DNA of 63,022 nucleotides from Patescibacteria group bacterium (GCA_031539165.1 JAVKLK010000033.1:1-63022); one strand, 5' to 3'; shown: positions 46,908-60,082, numbered from the stretch's first letter. Notes: a model not told the origin generated them from the sequence alone. Numbers and translations are program-made.

Positions 46908-47900
46908 TTATTTCGCAAACTTTGCACGAATCTCTGCCTCAATAGATTCGGCAATTTCTGGATTCTGAGAGAGAAATTCTCGAGCATTTTCTCGCCCTTG
47001 CCCCAGTTTCACTTCTCCATAACTATAAAACGCCCCTGATTTCTTGATTGCTCCAATGTCCGCACCGATATCAATAATCTCTCCTGTCCGAGATATTCCT
47101 TCATTAAAGAGGATATCAATTTCCACTTCACGGAATGGTGGAGCAATTTTATTTTTCACTACTTTTACTTTTGCCCTATTTCCTGTTGCCTCTTTATCAT
47201 CCCCGGTTCCTGATTCAATTTTTTCTTTTCTTCGTATATCAAGTCGCTGAGATGCATAAAACTTCAATGCATTTCCTCCAGTGGTAGTTTCCGGATTCCC
47301 AAACATGACTCAAATCTTCATTCGAATCTGATTGATGAATATAACCGTCGTATTGGATTTAGAGATAACTCCCGTTATTTTCCGAAGAGCCTGTGACATC
47401 AGTCGAGCTTGCAATCCCATGAAAGAATCACCCATGTTCCCTTCGATTTCCGCTTTCGGAACCAAGGCAGCTACAGAGTCAACCACTATCAAATCTACTG
47501 CACCGGAACGCACGAGTGCATCGACAATTTCTAAAGCCTGCTCTCCATAGTCTGGCTGAGAGATAATAAGCTCGTCGATATTTACTCCTATCTTTCGTGC
47601 ATACTCAGGATCAAGGGCATGTTCAGCATCAATGAATGCTGCCGTTCCACCTGCCTTCTGACACTCGGCAATAGCATGAAGTGTAAGTGTAGTCTTTCCT
47701 GAGGACTCTGGACCGTATATCTCAACGATACGCCCCTTTGCGTAACCACCTCCTAGGGCGGCGTCTAGGGCGATAGAACCAGAGGATACCGTCTCAACAT
47801 TGAGGAGTGATTGAGTCCCGAGAGTCATAACGGAGCCGGCTCCGAATTGTTTCTCTATCATCGCAAGAGCTTGCGTGAGGGCTTCTTTCTTATTACTCAT
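46908..47900 (-). CDS. recA: recombinase RecA
   Basis: Track ORFs 47310-47900 and 46908-47306 are joined by TGA 47307-47309 inside the invariant [29 protein letters not shown]. Walker [10 protein letters not shown]. Confidence 0.97.
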
Positions 47901-47976
47901 ATGAAAAAATTACAAATATAGGGTGATTGTATGAAAAATATATACTTTGCAAATAATTATATGTACTTTGTATATA

Positions 47977-48219
47977 TTATCTTCGTTTTATGAAGTGTTC
48001 CCGCATGGATGCTTCCGACCCAGAAGCGATTCTTTCGCTTCCGCATACACTACAGCGGTATTTGCCGAGGTCTTCATTTACCACCTCAACCGCAACGATC
48101 CCAGCACAATCGTGACAATAATGAACAAGAGCACCTCTCTCAAAATCAAAATTCTCACGCTTCTTTCCAAAAGAAGCCACATTTACCAAATCGTTGTATG
48201 TTGAAGTCATGCGGCACAA
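47977..48219 (-). CDS. small zinc-ribbon protein
   Basis: 80 aa ORF with CHDC ... CSVC (two CxxC pairs), between dnaJ and recA on the same strand. Confidence 0.5.
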   Translation of the reverse strand: MCRMTSTYNDLVNVASFGKKRENFDFERGALVHYCHDCAGIVAVEVVNEDLGKYRCSVCGSERIASGSEASMREHFIKRR

Positions 48220-48284
48220 ATAAGTATCTCATGTACTATACGAAAATCACGGAAAAATCCGAGAAAATCGAAGAAAACTTTTCT

Positions 48285-49406
48285 CTAATCGAACAGTTTC
48301 TCGAAAAAACCTTTAGCATCGTAGGTATCAAGGCGCTTTTCTTGAGCAATTGCTTGATAGAGTTCTCGCTCTTTCTTTGAGAGTTTTTTGGGGATTTCAA
48401 GAGCAAGCTCAAGGATGCAGTTCCCTCTTGGAGCAGCTTTCTTGGATACGTCAGGGAAGCCTTCTTGTTTAAAAACAAGCTCTGATCCGGGATCCGTACC
48501 TGGTTTGATATCAATCTCTTTGTCTCCCATAAGAGGAATGGTCACTCGTTTCTTTGTTCATAGAATGAACTCTACCGGATCGAAAGATACTCGATATCGA
48601 ACATGATTCCCCTCTCGTACAAGACCCTGAAATGTATCAGGAACTCGAAAGTGCACAAAAAGATCACCTGACCCATCCTTCCCTTCATGCCCCTCATCCC
48701 GAAGCTTAATCGTCATTTCATCATCGATACCTGCCGGAACATCTATCGTTCGTTTTCTTTTTTCTTCAATATATCGATGTCCTTTGCACGTCCCACAAGG
48801 AACGCGAATCACCTTCCCTGTTCCATCACAGCGCTCACAAGAGGATGATTGTTCCATAACGCCAAAAAGGGTTTGTACCCGACGACGCACTTTTCCGCTT
48901 CATCCACAGTCTGGACAAGAAGTGATATCGCTGGCAGATTTTGCACCAGAACCTTTGCAATCTGGACAAAGAATCTGCTTCTCAAATTGAACCTCTTTTT
49001 GCACTCCGGTGTATGCCTCTGCAAATGAAAGTGATACCGTAATTTCTATGTCGGCACCTATTTCTCTCCGACGTCACTGAGGGGATCGCCCCCCAAAGAA
49101 TGTCTCAAAAATATCCCCCATGTCGAACTCTTGTCAGAATCCACCAGAGAATCCACCAGAGAATCCACCAGAGCCAAAACCCTGAGAGCCTTCCATCGTA
49201 CCGAATCGGTCATAGTGAGCCTTTTTCGTCTCGTCACTCAAAACCGAGTATGCCTCGTTTACTTTTTTAAATTCTGCTTCCTTCGATGGATCACCTCGAT
49301 GCCTGTCTGGGTGAAGCTCCATTGCCTTTTTTCGATATGCTTTCTTTATATCGTCCGCACTCGCGGATCGATCAACTCATAAGAGTGAATAAAATTCGTA
49401 TGCCAT
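48285..49406 (-). CDS. dnaJ: molecular chaperone DnaJ
   Basis: [16 protein letters not shown] (G encoded by TGA, rc 49377-49379), HPD, G/F region (GGFS)3. Four CxxCxGxG-type repeats: [32 protein letters not shown]. Joins track ORFs 49134-49322, 48558-48890 and 48285-48545. Confidence 0.93.
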
Positions 49407-49539
49407 GCCCAAAAGATATCGAATGTTTCCCAAAAAACAAGCACCCCGCCAAAAAAATAAGCACCGAAACACAGAGTGTGCAAGTATTCTTCCAATAGAG
49501 TGGACTTGATTCCATCTTTTTCCCCTATACAGTAGAAGT

Positions 49540-50316
49540 ATGCAAGCATTGAATCATCCGAAAACGACGGAGCGAGTAGACTCCTTTCTCAAGGCATCTC
49601 CAAATCCCGATACTCATACTCGAGCCCTCTTTATTCGGGCTCAAAAATATATACGCTGGATATCTTGGATTCCTGGTCTACAAATGGTTGCCGTATGCAA
49701 CAGTCTTTCGTTCTATGCTGGAGAAAAGGATTCTGATATAGATCTGTTTATCGTGACAAAACCCAATCGCATGTGGCTTGCTCGATTCTTGATTACTGGG
49801 ATATTTCACTCACTGGGGGTCCGACGACATGGAACGGCAATCGCGGGGAGATTTTGTCTTTCATTTTTTTGTACGACGGATGCACTCGATTTCCAAAAAA
49901 TTGCGATTGAAGACGATGTGTATCTTCATGCATGGATACGTCACCTCAAGCCAATCTGGACAAAAAATCAAGCCTACGAGGTATTTTTGCAGGCAAATGC
50001 ATGGGTGAATCTTACTCCCGCTCAGAAAGAAAAAAATCTTCAATTTCTCCTTCCGAATCTACCAAAAAAATCCCCCCCTCACGCTTTGAAAAAGAAATGA
50101 TGGGAGGAAATGTATATCTTTGAAGCACTCTTCAACTGAACTGATACCGTGCTTCGATGGATCTTTGAGCCAAAGACTATTCGAGAGTGGGAGAGACTCG
50201 GGAAACCTTGGGGCATCCAAATCACAGAGAATATGCTCAAATTTCACAGAAATGATGCACGAATCGAGATACGAGAGGAGTGGAAGAGCTTGCTGCAAGA
50301 AAAGCAGAGCTCTTAG
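49540..50316 (+). CDS. nucleotidyltransferase-fold-like hypothetical protein
   Basis: Track ORF 49540-50100 extended through two TGA codons to TAG 50314-50316. GEKDSDIDLFIV resembles a Pol-beta-type NTase motif. Confidence 0.5.
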
Positions 50317-52988
50317 GCTTGAGATGGCGTGTGTGCCGACTGAGTAATAACCACCTCCGAGAGACCAGCCGCTCATCGAGCAAGTTCATCCTGCACTTCA
50401 TTGAGCTTTCATTGTGCCATCTTTGCCACATCAGCACCTGGAACTTCAAGACGATATGATCCTGGTTCATAGATACTCTTTGCTGTATCGATAACATTTT
50501 TTGGAAGCTTCGCCGTAACAATTGCATCGAGAATTTCTTTTTTTGCTTCTGGTTTAAGCTCGGCAAATTTCTTCCCAAATTCTGGGGTGAGTTTCCCACT
50601 CTGGGAATCTACATATCCCTCTTTCACGAGAGCTTCATGAGGATCATTCCCCATAGTTTTCCCGAGATAGAGAGCCAGTCCTGCGGCAGCCGCAAGAGTG
50701 ACCGCTCCAATTTTTGCTCTTCCAGGAACCTCTACTGCCGCCTTCGAAGTCACTGCGACCAGTTGTGCTCAGAGTTTTGGGGCAACAGCACCAACAATTC
50801 GAGCTCATCGGAATGCTGCACCAATGGTTTCTCCTGCAGTCTTGAGGGTAGAGTATCCTGTGATGAATGCTACAGCCCCCCTTGGATTCTTGGCCATATG
50901 TACGACGGATCCTCCGAGCAGTGCCATACCAAGGGCTCACTTTCCAGTATTCTCTAGGGTCAATCCTTCATTTTTATTGATTTCCACTTCAGAGAGAAGA
51001 ACCAGTCCTGCAACTGGCATAGAGAGAGCACTTCCAATCATCTTGAGCCATCCAGAAGCTTCTGCTTTTTTCTCCTGAGAGAGAAGCTCATACGTTCCCG
51101 CGCTGAGTCCAATGAGTGGTATTCCGTTGAAGAGGTGTTTGATTCCCTGAGTTCCAAGCTTCATAAAGGCAACTCTCAACTGCTGTATATCTTCCGTCTT
51201 CTGAATCATCAGAAGAGTCGTGTCCTGCACTCGAGAAATGGTTGCTATCTTAGAGATATCCTCCAGTGCCCCCAAATATTTCACCCCTACCACACTTCGA
51301 GCTGCAAGTTGTTTCTGTGTATCAAGTATTCCATTAAGTACTTCTGCATGCTCAAGTACTCTCGCCGAACCATTTCCACCGAATTTTTGCACATCTTGAG
51401 AGAGTTGCTTCAACCAGTCAACTGCATCGGATCCCTTGAGATTCTTAGTAACGAGACGACGAATTTCATCAAGATTATTCGTACTGCGAATTTGGTTTGC
51501 TGCTGCTTTTCCAACAATATCGTCCAATTCAGCAAACTGCTTCAGAGTTCCTGGGACTTTTGCTTCGGTCTCCAGTGCCTGAATCAGTCGATAGTTCTTC
51601 TGAACATCTTGCGTCAAACCTTGCAAACGACGAAGTTCATCAATATGTGAACCAGAAGATGCCGCAACACCAAGCTTCTTCTCTAGTTCTGCAAAATTCT
51701 GCAAAATTGGCTCGTAGTTCCCCAGTGCATGAGCTCGCATTACATCTTTCCCCATTTTGATACCATCAACCGTTGTATTTGTAAGCAGGCTTACTCCCAA
51801 ACTTGCCGTAGCAGCAACCATAGTCCCTGAAATGGAAGCAAACAAGCTCGCTGGTTTATAGAGGAGATAGAGAAGACTCGCCTTCTTTTGAGGATCATCT
51901 CCTACGGAAGCCACCAAACTATTCACCTCATCAAATCAAAACATTGCGGGAGGAATACCCACCCCATCAAGCGTAAGTGCAAAGTGCTGCTTGGGAGCAT
52001 TGAGTGATTCTTGGACCATGCTCACAGCAAATTTACTTGCTGGAATCACTCCAGCCATAAGAAGCTCAAAAATGATGCTTGCATTACCGAATGCGTATTT
52101 TTCTAAGAGTTCCAATCCATCACCCACAGCAAGCTTTCACTCTTTCTGCCATTTCTCTCCCTTGTCACGAATTACTTCCTCTGGAAATTTGTGCTTCTCC
52201 AAAATGCTCACCAGTGCTTTCGCTCTTTCGGGAGAAAGTTCAACCCCATTAAAGTATCGATCTTCAATCCACTTCTTCGACTGGGCAATAGAGGCCTCTT
52301 TCATTTCCTGCTTTTGCTCTGGGGTGAGTTCTGGAGTACGTTTCTTCACTTCTGCTTGAACCGCTTCCTTCACTTCTTGCGCTTTTTCTCCTACAGGGCC
52401 AACCACCTCTGAAATCTTAAAGCCGTTTGTCATGAATTTTACCAGATTCTCAAGAACCGTCATAACTCCAGCAATTCCTTCTTTGTGAATTGGTTCTAGA
52501 AGCTTACCAAGCGCTGCTGCTCCAGAGTATTCCAGAACTTTTTGTCCTGCTTCATTCACTGACTCTCGTGCCCCTTCAGCAATTTTTTTGATTTCGGTGT
52601 AGTCACCGGATCGAGCAGCTTGTTCCGCCTTTTTTGCCAAGACTTGGGCGGACTCCACAGAGCCTCCGACTGCAGCGCGAGCTGCTTCTGTGCCTGAATG
52701 AACGGATGTGCTGACCTGATCAAGAGTATGTTTTTGTTCTGGAGAGAGTCCTGCCTTGAAGTCAGCAAGAATGTCTTTTCCTTCCTGAACAAGTCCGGTT
52801 CTTTTTTCAGAAAGTGTATGCTCAAGCTTTGCCACGAGATCGGCATATTTTGCTTTCTCCGTATCGTTCGTTGCTCTACTTGCCCGCTCTTTGAGTGCTG
52901 CGAGGAGCGTTTCTGGATGACGAGTCTCTGTAAGATTCTCGATTGACTGAGGACCGGAAGAGAGCGTTGGATTTTGGGAGATAGACAT
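50313..52988 (-). CDS. giant hypothetical protein (~891 aa) with hydrophobic C-terminal third
   Basis: Track ORFs 52137-53039, 51936-52127, 50937-51926 and 50409-50753 share one frame, joined by TGA. Start set at ATG 52988 (alternative TTG 53039). Ends TAA (rc 50313-50315). Confidence 0.65.
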
Positions 52989-53048
52989 AAAAAAATGTGA
53001 GGTTTCCTTGATTTTCTCACATTTTTCTATTTTGAGCAAAAAATGATG

Positions 53049-56000
53049 CTAGACTCCTTGGAGTTTATTTGGCTCTCTCTTGAATTGGTTTTCAAACCAA
53101 GTTGAGAGTCCAGAAATTACTCCCACTGGCATATTTACATACATATTCTTGAAGTACCGAAGAAACGTTTCTTTTGCCACATCCAAATTTGATACTGATT
53201 CTCCTTTGTGTGCATTTCGAGTTTCAGTAAGAGCCCACACTGCAAATATTCCAAAAGTGAGTCCACCATTCACTACGCCCGGATGGCTGCTTCCGAGAAG
53301 GGTTGTCTTGAGTGCCTCTCCTGCTTTCGTTGTCCATTTTGACTCGGAAGCCAAAATGGTAGTAATTTCTCGAGCAAGAACGAGAGGTTGGCGAACGGCA
53401 TTTGCCACCGCTCCAACAACTGGTGTGTCGATTGGTTTCATAAGAACCGCATTGTTGAAGAATTTAGCAAAGCCATTCTTCCCCTCGTATATATCATACT
53501 TCAGCATTTTCTGAATCATTGCCTGCGAAGCGCCCCCTTCTTTTGGGGCTGCTGCAGCGGCTGTCTCCGATGTTGGGCGAGCGTCATGGGCAGGGGTTGT
53601 TGCCGGAGAAGGAGCTCCAGCAGGAGCTGCAGGAGCTGCAGGAGCTGCAGAAGTTCCGTTACGAGCAGCAAGAGCGGCTTCTATCTTGTCATTAAAGTGC
53701 TGGGCTGGCTTGAATACAACTTTGTTGTCACCCAGTTTCATTGTATAGGTTCCATCCAGAGCTCTGACAAAATTGACAGTCTTACCCGTAGAAAGAGTAA
53801 TAGTGCCCGTTTGTCCTATAACTTCTCGTTGAAGATTCACTCGATCTCCCGTAATAGTTGCTGTGGAAGCTCCAATTTTGGCTGGCTTATAATAATGAAG
53901 CGCCCCGCCAATCGCTGCATTCAAAAGGAACTCGGAGAATCCGTCATTCCATACATCTGGATCTTTTGATCGAAGCCTCTCTATGTCAGAAATACCAAGA
54001 TTTACAGCAGTAAGAACTGCGGGGACGAATAGTCCTTGTTTCAAAAGCCCATCTATCGCTGGATGCTTTGCTCCATCAAACAACTTCCCCACCTTTATCG
54101 GACTCGCCTGAGATACCGTTCGGAACAAAGCAAATCCAACCGAGTTCATAATAACCGTCTTGGCTGCATCTGGCTGGTTCATAAACCACTCCTGATTACG
54201 AATTCCCGCATGAGCAGCGGTAAACACCGTCCCCTCAATAGCAGAACGTCCAGCGACTCCAGCCCAACGCAGACCACTATTTAGTCTTCCTGCACCAACC
54301 GCGATTTGTTGTCATCTATTGAAGTGCAAAGCACCTCTGAGGGCCATTCTTCCAGCTACTCAGGCAATTCAGCCAGAAATAAGAACACTGGTGAGATCGT
54401 AAACGACAAAATTTACCATTCGAGTCATTCATTCGTCAGAAATCTTAAACCACTCATTCAGAGGATCTACCGCATCTCGATATTGCTCCCATTCGACAAG
54501 TTTGTCTGGATTTGAAATTTTTTGCACTTTTTTCTGAAAGGTAAATCGGCTCTCAAGCGCTTTTGTCTGAGCCTTTCGAAGTTCTTCCAAGTAGTAGGTG
54601 TAGTTTGGTACCCCTGCAGCCTCAAAGGCGGCACGATTTGCCTCAAACTCTCGCTTTGCAATGGTATCGAGCTCTGTGGTCATACGGCGCATGGCAATTC
54701 CGACCCGATTGGTAATATCATCGGATTCTGCCTTCGTAAGAGTTACCCCATCAATGGCGGAAGCATTGAGCGAATAAAACATATCGTGCATCATTTCCGT
54801 TCCATCATTTCGGCGCATAATTCGGATGGCAATCTTTCGCATGCTCGGCTCATCTTTTGCTGAGGCAAGCATCTTAAGATCAGCAATATCATCAGAAGCC
54901 CCTACTCCATGGGCCTCAAGAATCTTAGCAGCCTCTTGTGCAGCTCCTGCTGGAGAGAGAGTTTGATTACTCAGAATATCTTCAAGTGCGCGGCATGCTT
55001 TTGCTTTTGCTTCACTTCTTATCCAGCGAATAGACGTAACTCCTTTCCCTTCTCGAATCTCACTAAGAATAGCTCGAATTGAAAGATTGGCGAGTGTTGC
55101 AATGCCTCCTTTTTCTCGGTCAATTAGTCCACCCTCCGGTCTTCCCGAAGGTGAAGTGGTATCAGGCAAGCCTCCATAACCACCAGAGTTTGCTGGCGAG
55201 GAAGGAGCTGTCGGTTTAGCATCAGGGACATACAGCGGACTTCTCGGATCCCCAGAACTCGTACGTCGTCCTCCTCCGCCAATCGGTGAACTCACCGGTG
55301 CTGCTGAAGCTCATTCTCGAGGACTACTCTCCTCACTCTGTGGAGTGATTCCGGCAATTGATTCTAGAGCAGCCAAAGTAAGTGGCCCGAACCATCCATC
55401 TACAGAGCCCGAACGAGAAACCGTCTTTCAGAGAAGCACAATCTGTGCCTGTATGGCGCGAACATGTTCTTCTGTTGGAGCATCCTGAACCTGCTTCAAA
55501 AGAACGGCAAGACTCTTGTTTCCATCATCTCCAGCATTCAATTTTTCTTGAACTGCTGCAATTCTCTGAGCGTACTGCTTCACATGCTCTGTATTCCATG
55601 CAAGTTTGCGTGCTCCATCAGGGCTTTGAGATTCCCTTGAAGCCACTGACTGTTTCGCACGATCTCGAGTAGCTTGATCAATATTGGCATTCTCTCCTTC
55701 AATGGCTTGAGACGTTTCGGTACGAATTTGCTTCTCTCCATCTTTCTTCTTTTGATCTGCCTCAGAAGCAGCAAGGATATATTTCTGAAGAATGGCAAAT
55801 CGGGCCTCAAATTCAGGACCTGCATTTCCTCATTTCAGCGCTCGCTCCGATTGCATAAACTCAGTGAGTTCTTTGCGAACCTGCACATCAGCAAGGTTCA
55901 CTTTGGAAAGCTTATCCCAGAGCTGATCAATATTGCTTTCGTTGTATACTCCTCCCCAAGAAGCGATATTCCCGGCGAGAGTTGATTTGAGAGCTTGCTT

Positions 56001-56069
56001 CTCAGATTGAGTTCCTTTTTGCACGATTGCCGCATCCGTGTGAAACTCGAGTGTATATTTGTTAGCCAT
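53049..56069 (-). CDS. giant hypothetical protein (~1006 aa)
   Basis: Track ORFs 55830-56156, 55428-55646, 54429-55295 and 53049-54227 share one frame, joined by TGA. Start set at ATG 56069 because a terminator hairpin lies at 56118-56145 (alternative TTG 56156). DGWFGPLTLAAL resembles a peptidoglycan-binding motif. Ala/Pro linker AAPAAPAAPAGAPSPATTP. Confidence 0.65.
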
Positions 56070-56117
56070 AAGAAAAGGTGATTTACCCTCAAATTGCCAT
56101 ATTTCCTCTATCAATGC

Positions 56118-56145
56118 AAAAATCGGACCCTTTCGAATCCGATTT
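56118..56145 (-). terminator. rho-independent terminator after the RlmD-like gene
   Basis: On the minus strand: AAATCGGA-TTCGAAAGGG-TCCGATTT followed by a T run, about 25 nt after the stop at 56171. Confidence 0.5.
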
Positions 56146-56170
56146 ATTGTTGACAATAGTATAAATTATT

Positions 56171-57580
56171 TTAATTATCCGAAATTCGAGCAAGTCTCAC
56201 CACGGTCTCAATATGGTGCGTATGAGGAAACATGTCCACTGGTATTATATCGGTAATAGTATATTTCCCTCCTTCCAAGAGTGATGCCAAATCACGAACG
56301 AGTGTCGAAGGATTACAGCTCACATAGAGAATTTCTCTTGGCTGAAAAGCAAGAATGTTCCCCGCAGCGCTTGGGTGCATTCCGTCACGAGGTGGATCAA
56401 CTACGAGGGTATCCGCCGATCATCCATTCGCGAGAAATTTTTCCAGGAATTGTTCAACAGGAGCATTTACTGCTTCAAACGTATCAGAAAGTCCATTGAT
56501 TCCAGCATTCTTCGTGGCATCCATACTTGCGTCTGGAACGATTTCAACAGAATAGACTTTTTCAAATAAGTCCGCAAGAAGTATTCCAATAGTTCCCGTT
56601 CCAGCGTACAAATCAAGAAGTATTCCCTTTTGATATCGAATAAGTGATCGGACCGCTCCATAGAGCTGTTCGGCACCCTGGGTATTCGTCTGGAAAAAGC
56701 TTTTCGGACGAATCTCAAAGCGCTTCCCAAGAAGAGTCTCATCGATATATCCAGAACCGTGGAGGATTTCTGCTTCTCCCGTAACAATATCGGCACGACC
56801 AGAATTCTTCAGAAGAATCATCGTGTGCACCCCCTCTTCTTGGAGGAGGTTCTTCCATACCCCATCAAATCGGTCTCGATCAAAGGCCGGATCCTGTGTA
56901 TTAATACTCCAGAGAATCATGCAATTCCCCGTAGTTTTGGACTCACGAACGACAAAGTGTCTCCAAACTCCTTTGGCAGTCTTCGGATCATAGGTTGGAA
57001 GTCCAGAGGCACGAGTGAGAGCATCTGCCTTGCGAAAAATAGCGTTTACTCTATCGGAAGCAAGAACGCAGTACTCGCAATTCACAATACGGTCAAACTC
57101 TCCCTGCTTATGAAATCAAAATCGGAACTCATCATGAATTTCTTCCTTTGCAGAAATGTATTTCCCAAAGGAAAATTCCAGCTTATTTCTATATCCTTCC
57201 GTCTCTGGACTCGGAAGTATAGAGTGCCAATGAGCCTGTGTAAGATGACCATTTGCCGCAAGGCCAGAAAAACATTCTCGCACTTGCTCATCTTTGATTC
57301 TCAGTTGCTCCTCATACCGAATTGGGAGCCATTTACATCCTCCATACACTTGGTAGTGGGCAGGAAGAGGTTGCTCAAGAGGAGAATGTTCGATTACATC
57401 GAGCATTTGTCATTCCAGATGCCCCTTCCGAACTTTTAGGATTCGAACCGATACGAGCTGACCAGGAATTACGCCCCCAGACACCATAACAGCTCTTCCA
57501 TCTTCGGCACGCGCAAGTCCCTTGCCACTAAATACAAGCTTCTCAATCCGAACTCTCGGGAGAATTTCATTTTTTTTCAT
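56171..57580 (-). CDS. TRAM-domain RNA (uracil-5-)-methyltransferase, RlmD/TrmA family
   Basis: Fragments 57116-57406, 56420-57085 and 56171-56380 plus the N-terminus MKKNEILPRVRIEKLVFSGKG share one frame. DLYAGTGTIG, VVDPPRDGMH, YVSCNPSTL. Confidence 0.85.
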
Positions 57581-57601
57581 AAATTTCGTAAAAGGTCCGA
57601 A

Positions 57602-58147
57602 CTATCGAACAGTAATACCCTGACTCGTCAACTCGAAGTTCCCGGAAGAAGTAATCAGTCGAGGAGAAGCTATATTCACTGGAGCTTCTGCTGTTTTTTT
57701 CTTCAAGGCGACACTGGCAACAATCGAATTTGCATCGAGTTGCACTGGTTTTGGATAGCGAAGTTTGAGCAAGAGAACTCCCGGCATGCTCGAAACGGGG
57801 ACAATTTCTACAGGAACTCCCCCCTCTGTTTCTGCCGCTTCTCCAAACACTATCGCCTCTGGATCGGCGACAAGAGTGAGTTCAAGACCAGTAACTCCCT
57901 GAGCAGCACGCCCCATTCGGATCTGAACACGGTCTGTGCCAGCGCTCCCTTGAGCCAAAAGAATATCCGCGCTCTCTCGAATAGAAGATCACTTTGTTGC
58001 TTCGATAGCAGAAGCTTGGAGCTTCACACCAACATCGGTATTAAACAATGCAACATTTACTCCGAGGGCAAATGCCAAGGCGGTAGTTCCGATGGCGAGA
58101 TGCTTTCGGAGGGTTGCTTGCTTAAATTCTTGAAAAATATCTTTCAT
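57602..58147 (-). CDS. secreted or membrane-anchored hypothetical protein
   Basis: ATG (rc 58145-58147). Signal-anchor LAIGTTALAFALGVNVALF, joined through one TGA to track ORF 57602-57958. Confidence 0.5.
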
Positions 58148-58191
58148 ATACGGGCAATTGATTAGGATGAAGTGTATCCGAAATCCACCCT

Positions 58192-58842
58192 ATGGTCAAA
58201 CATTCTCTCTCATTTGGAGTCGACGAAGCAGGTCGATGAGCCTGGGCAGGTCCTGTATATGCCGCAGCATGCGTTTTTTTGAAACCAAAATTCAAGCGTA
58301 CCCTAACCTGGTGAATCATTACCGACTCAAAACTTCTCTCCGCACCCCTGCGTGATCGCATTTACGAGGAAATGCATGAGGCAAGAAATCGAGGAGAAAT
58401 AGCATTTGCTGTCGGTTCTAGTTCTGCCGAAACAATAGACAGAGTATGAATCAAAGAAGCAAATCGTCTTGCAATGGAAATGGCAATTCAAGAACTCATG
58501 AGGATTCTCTGACACAACTTTTCCATCTGTATTAAAGTAGATGGTCGAGACCATTACCGCTTCAATCTAGAAGTGCCCCACACTCTCGAAGAGCATGTTG
58601 GCTGAGACCGTCGTTTCAAAGAAATCGGAGCCGCCTCCATTCTCGCAAAAGTATCTCGAGATAGATACATGCAAGAATTGGAAAGGCAGTATCCCTATGG
58701 ATTTGACCTCCACAAAGGCTATGGAACAAAGTGACACAGAGAAAAACTTGAGAAATCTGGACCAAGCCCAGAACATCGTTTCTCCTATGCTCCAATCCGG
58801 GTTTTTGGAGAAAGAAAATTCTTCACATGTTCTTCAGAGTAA
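58192..58842 (+). CDS. rnhB: ribonuclease HII
   Basis: Invisible under the standard code. [22 protein letters not shown] with TGA 58237-58239 as the G of [35 protein letters not shown]. Ends TAA 58840-58842. Confidence 0.9.
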
Positions 58843-58888
58843 AAAACTTGATTCGCGCCCTGAAAAAACTATAGTTTTCCGCGAACTA

Positions 58889-60037
58889 ATGCCATTTTCC
58901 GTGAAATCTACTCTTGCCTTTTCCTTGGTTTTGATTCTGATATTTTCGTCAGGAATCAATTTCGTGACTGCCGCGCCAAGTGCTCCTACCAGTCCAAGCC
59001 TTCCTCCAACGGTTTCTTCGAGCGTTACAAAAGTAGTAGCTGAAACGCTTTCTACCAATACTGGAGAAACAGTGATTGCTCAAGATGAAGTAAGCTCTGC
59101 CCTTTCGAAGCTCATTCAAATTTACGAAAAACGGGTAACTCGGCTCCAGGATGAAGTAAACCGACTCCGTATCGAAAACGAGGATCTCCGCACTCAGATC
59201 ACAAATGCAGGACTTAAAGCCACAAGCATTCCAACTCCGGCCCTAGTACCATCGCAATCTTCAGGAAGCACAGCTCCAAAAACTCCTCAAGAAAAACGCT
59301 ACGATGCCATCGTATCAAATGTTGTGGTGAGTCTCCCTGAAATTTTGAAGAAAAATTCCGTCTCTGCCTCTGGATCAATTGGATTGTTTGAGTTCATTGA
59401 ACCAAAAAACTTCTTCATCTCCATCGATAACGGACTGAATCCTGCTGGAGTAACCGCATTTAAGACAAAAATCCTTTTTGAATACGACGCAAATCTTAAT
59501 CTTAAAATTATCGGAGTATTTGAATTGGATTACCCAACACAACGATACGTGACTGTTCGAGGAAACAATCCATTCTCTGGAGTTACTCGAATCCGAGTGA
59601 AAAACCCGAATTATGCTGGAAGACTCCTTGATGAACCAGTAATTCCAAACAGTACTGGAGGAACCATATCAGCAACCGCTTCTTCTTCATCGACAAAACC
59701 AACCGCCACTTCAACAGAAGCCCCTTCAGCAAATGCTACCGTGGAAGATGTTCGAAAAGCATATGATAAGAACAAACTCGGAGATGCTATTGAACTTGCC
59801 AACTCGGTACTTGCAAAAAATCCGAACAATATAGAGGTTCTCACTATGCGAGCAAGAAGCCAGTACATCTTCAGCAAGTTTGACTCGGCACTGGGAGATA
59901 TCGCAACCATTTATAAGATTCAGGGTGACGCTATTGATTGTGGTATAGTGAATGATGGTGCTCGAGCTGAGAAAGCTCTCAAAGGAGCCAAAGGAAGCAC
60001 ATTCAGCACCCTACAGACAACAAAGTGTAAGAAATAA
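58889..60037 (+). CDS. secreted protein with coiled-coil and TPR-like C-terminus
   Basis: Distal part of track ORF 58595-60037. Start moved to ATG 58889 (MPFSVKSTLAFSLVLILIFSSGINFVTA signal peptide) because the upstream part overlaps rnhB in another frame. Confidence 0.6.
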   Translation: MPFSVKSTLAFSLVLILIFSSGINFVTAAPSAPTSPSLPPTVSSSVTKVVAETLSTNTGETVIAQDEVSSALSKLIQIYEKRVTRLQDEVNRLRIENEDLRTQITNAGLKATSIPTPALVPSQSSGSTAPKTPQEKRYDAIVSNVVVSLPEILKKNSVSASGSIGLFEFIEPKNFFISIDNGLNPAGVTAFKTKILFEYDANLNLKIIGVFELDYPTQRYVTVRGNNPFSGVTRIRVKNPNYAGRLLDEPVIPNSTGGTISATASSSSTKPTATSTEAPSANATVEDVRKAYDKNKLGDAIELANSVLAKNPNNIEVLTMRARSQYIFSKFDSALGDIATIYKIQGDAIDCGIVNDGARAEKALKGAKGSTFSTLQTTKCKK

Positions 60038-60054
60038 TTTTCTGAGAAGCACAT

Positions 60055-60082
60055 AAAAAAATCCCCGTGTGGGGATTTTTTT
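60055..60082. terminator. bidirectional terminator between convergent genes
   Basis: AAAAAATCCCC-GTGT-GGGGATTTTTT, between the stop at 60037 and the groEL stop at 60106. Confidence 0.7.

Noticed and set aside
49457-49484. Possible CIRCE element upstream of dnaJ (TTGCACACTC-N9-GGTGCTTAT on the gene strand)
   Set aside because: Both arms need indels or mismatches relative to the consensus. It is too weak to call without a genome-wide motif model.
58595-58888. N-terminal part of track ORF 58595-60037
   Set aside because: This part overlaps the 3' half of rnhB, which in frame 1 shows the conserved ASILAK and KGYGTKGH motifs. A signal peptide begins at ATG 58889, so the start was moved there.
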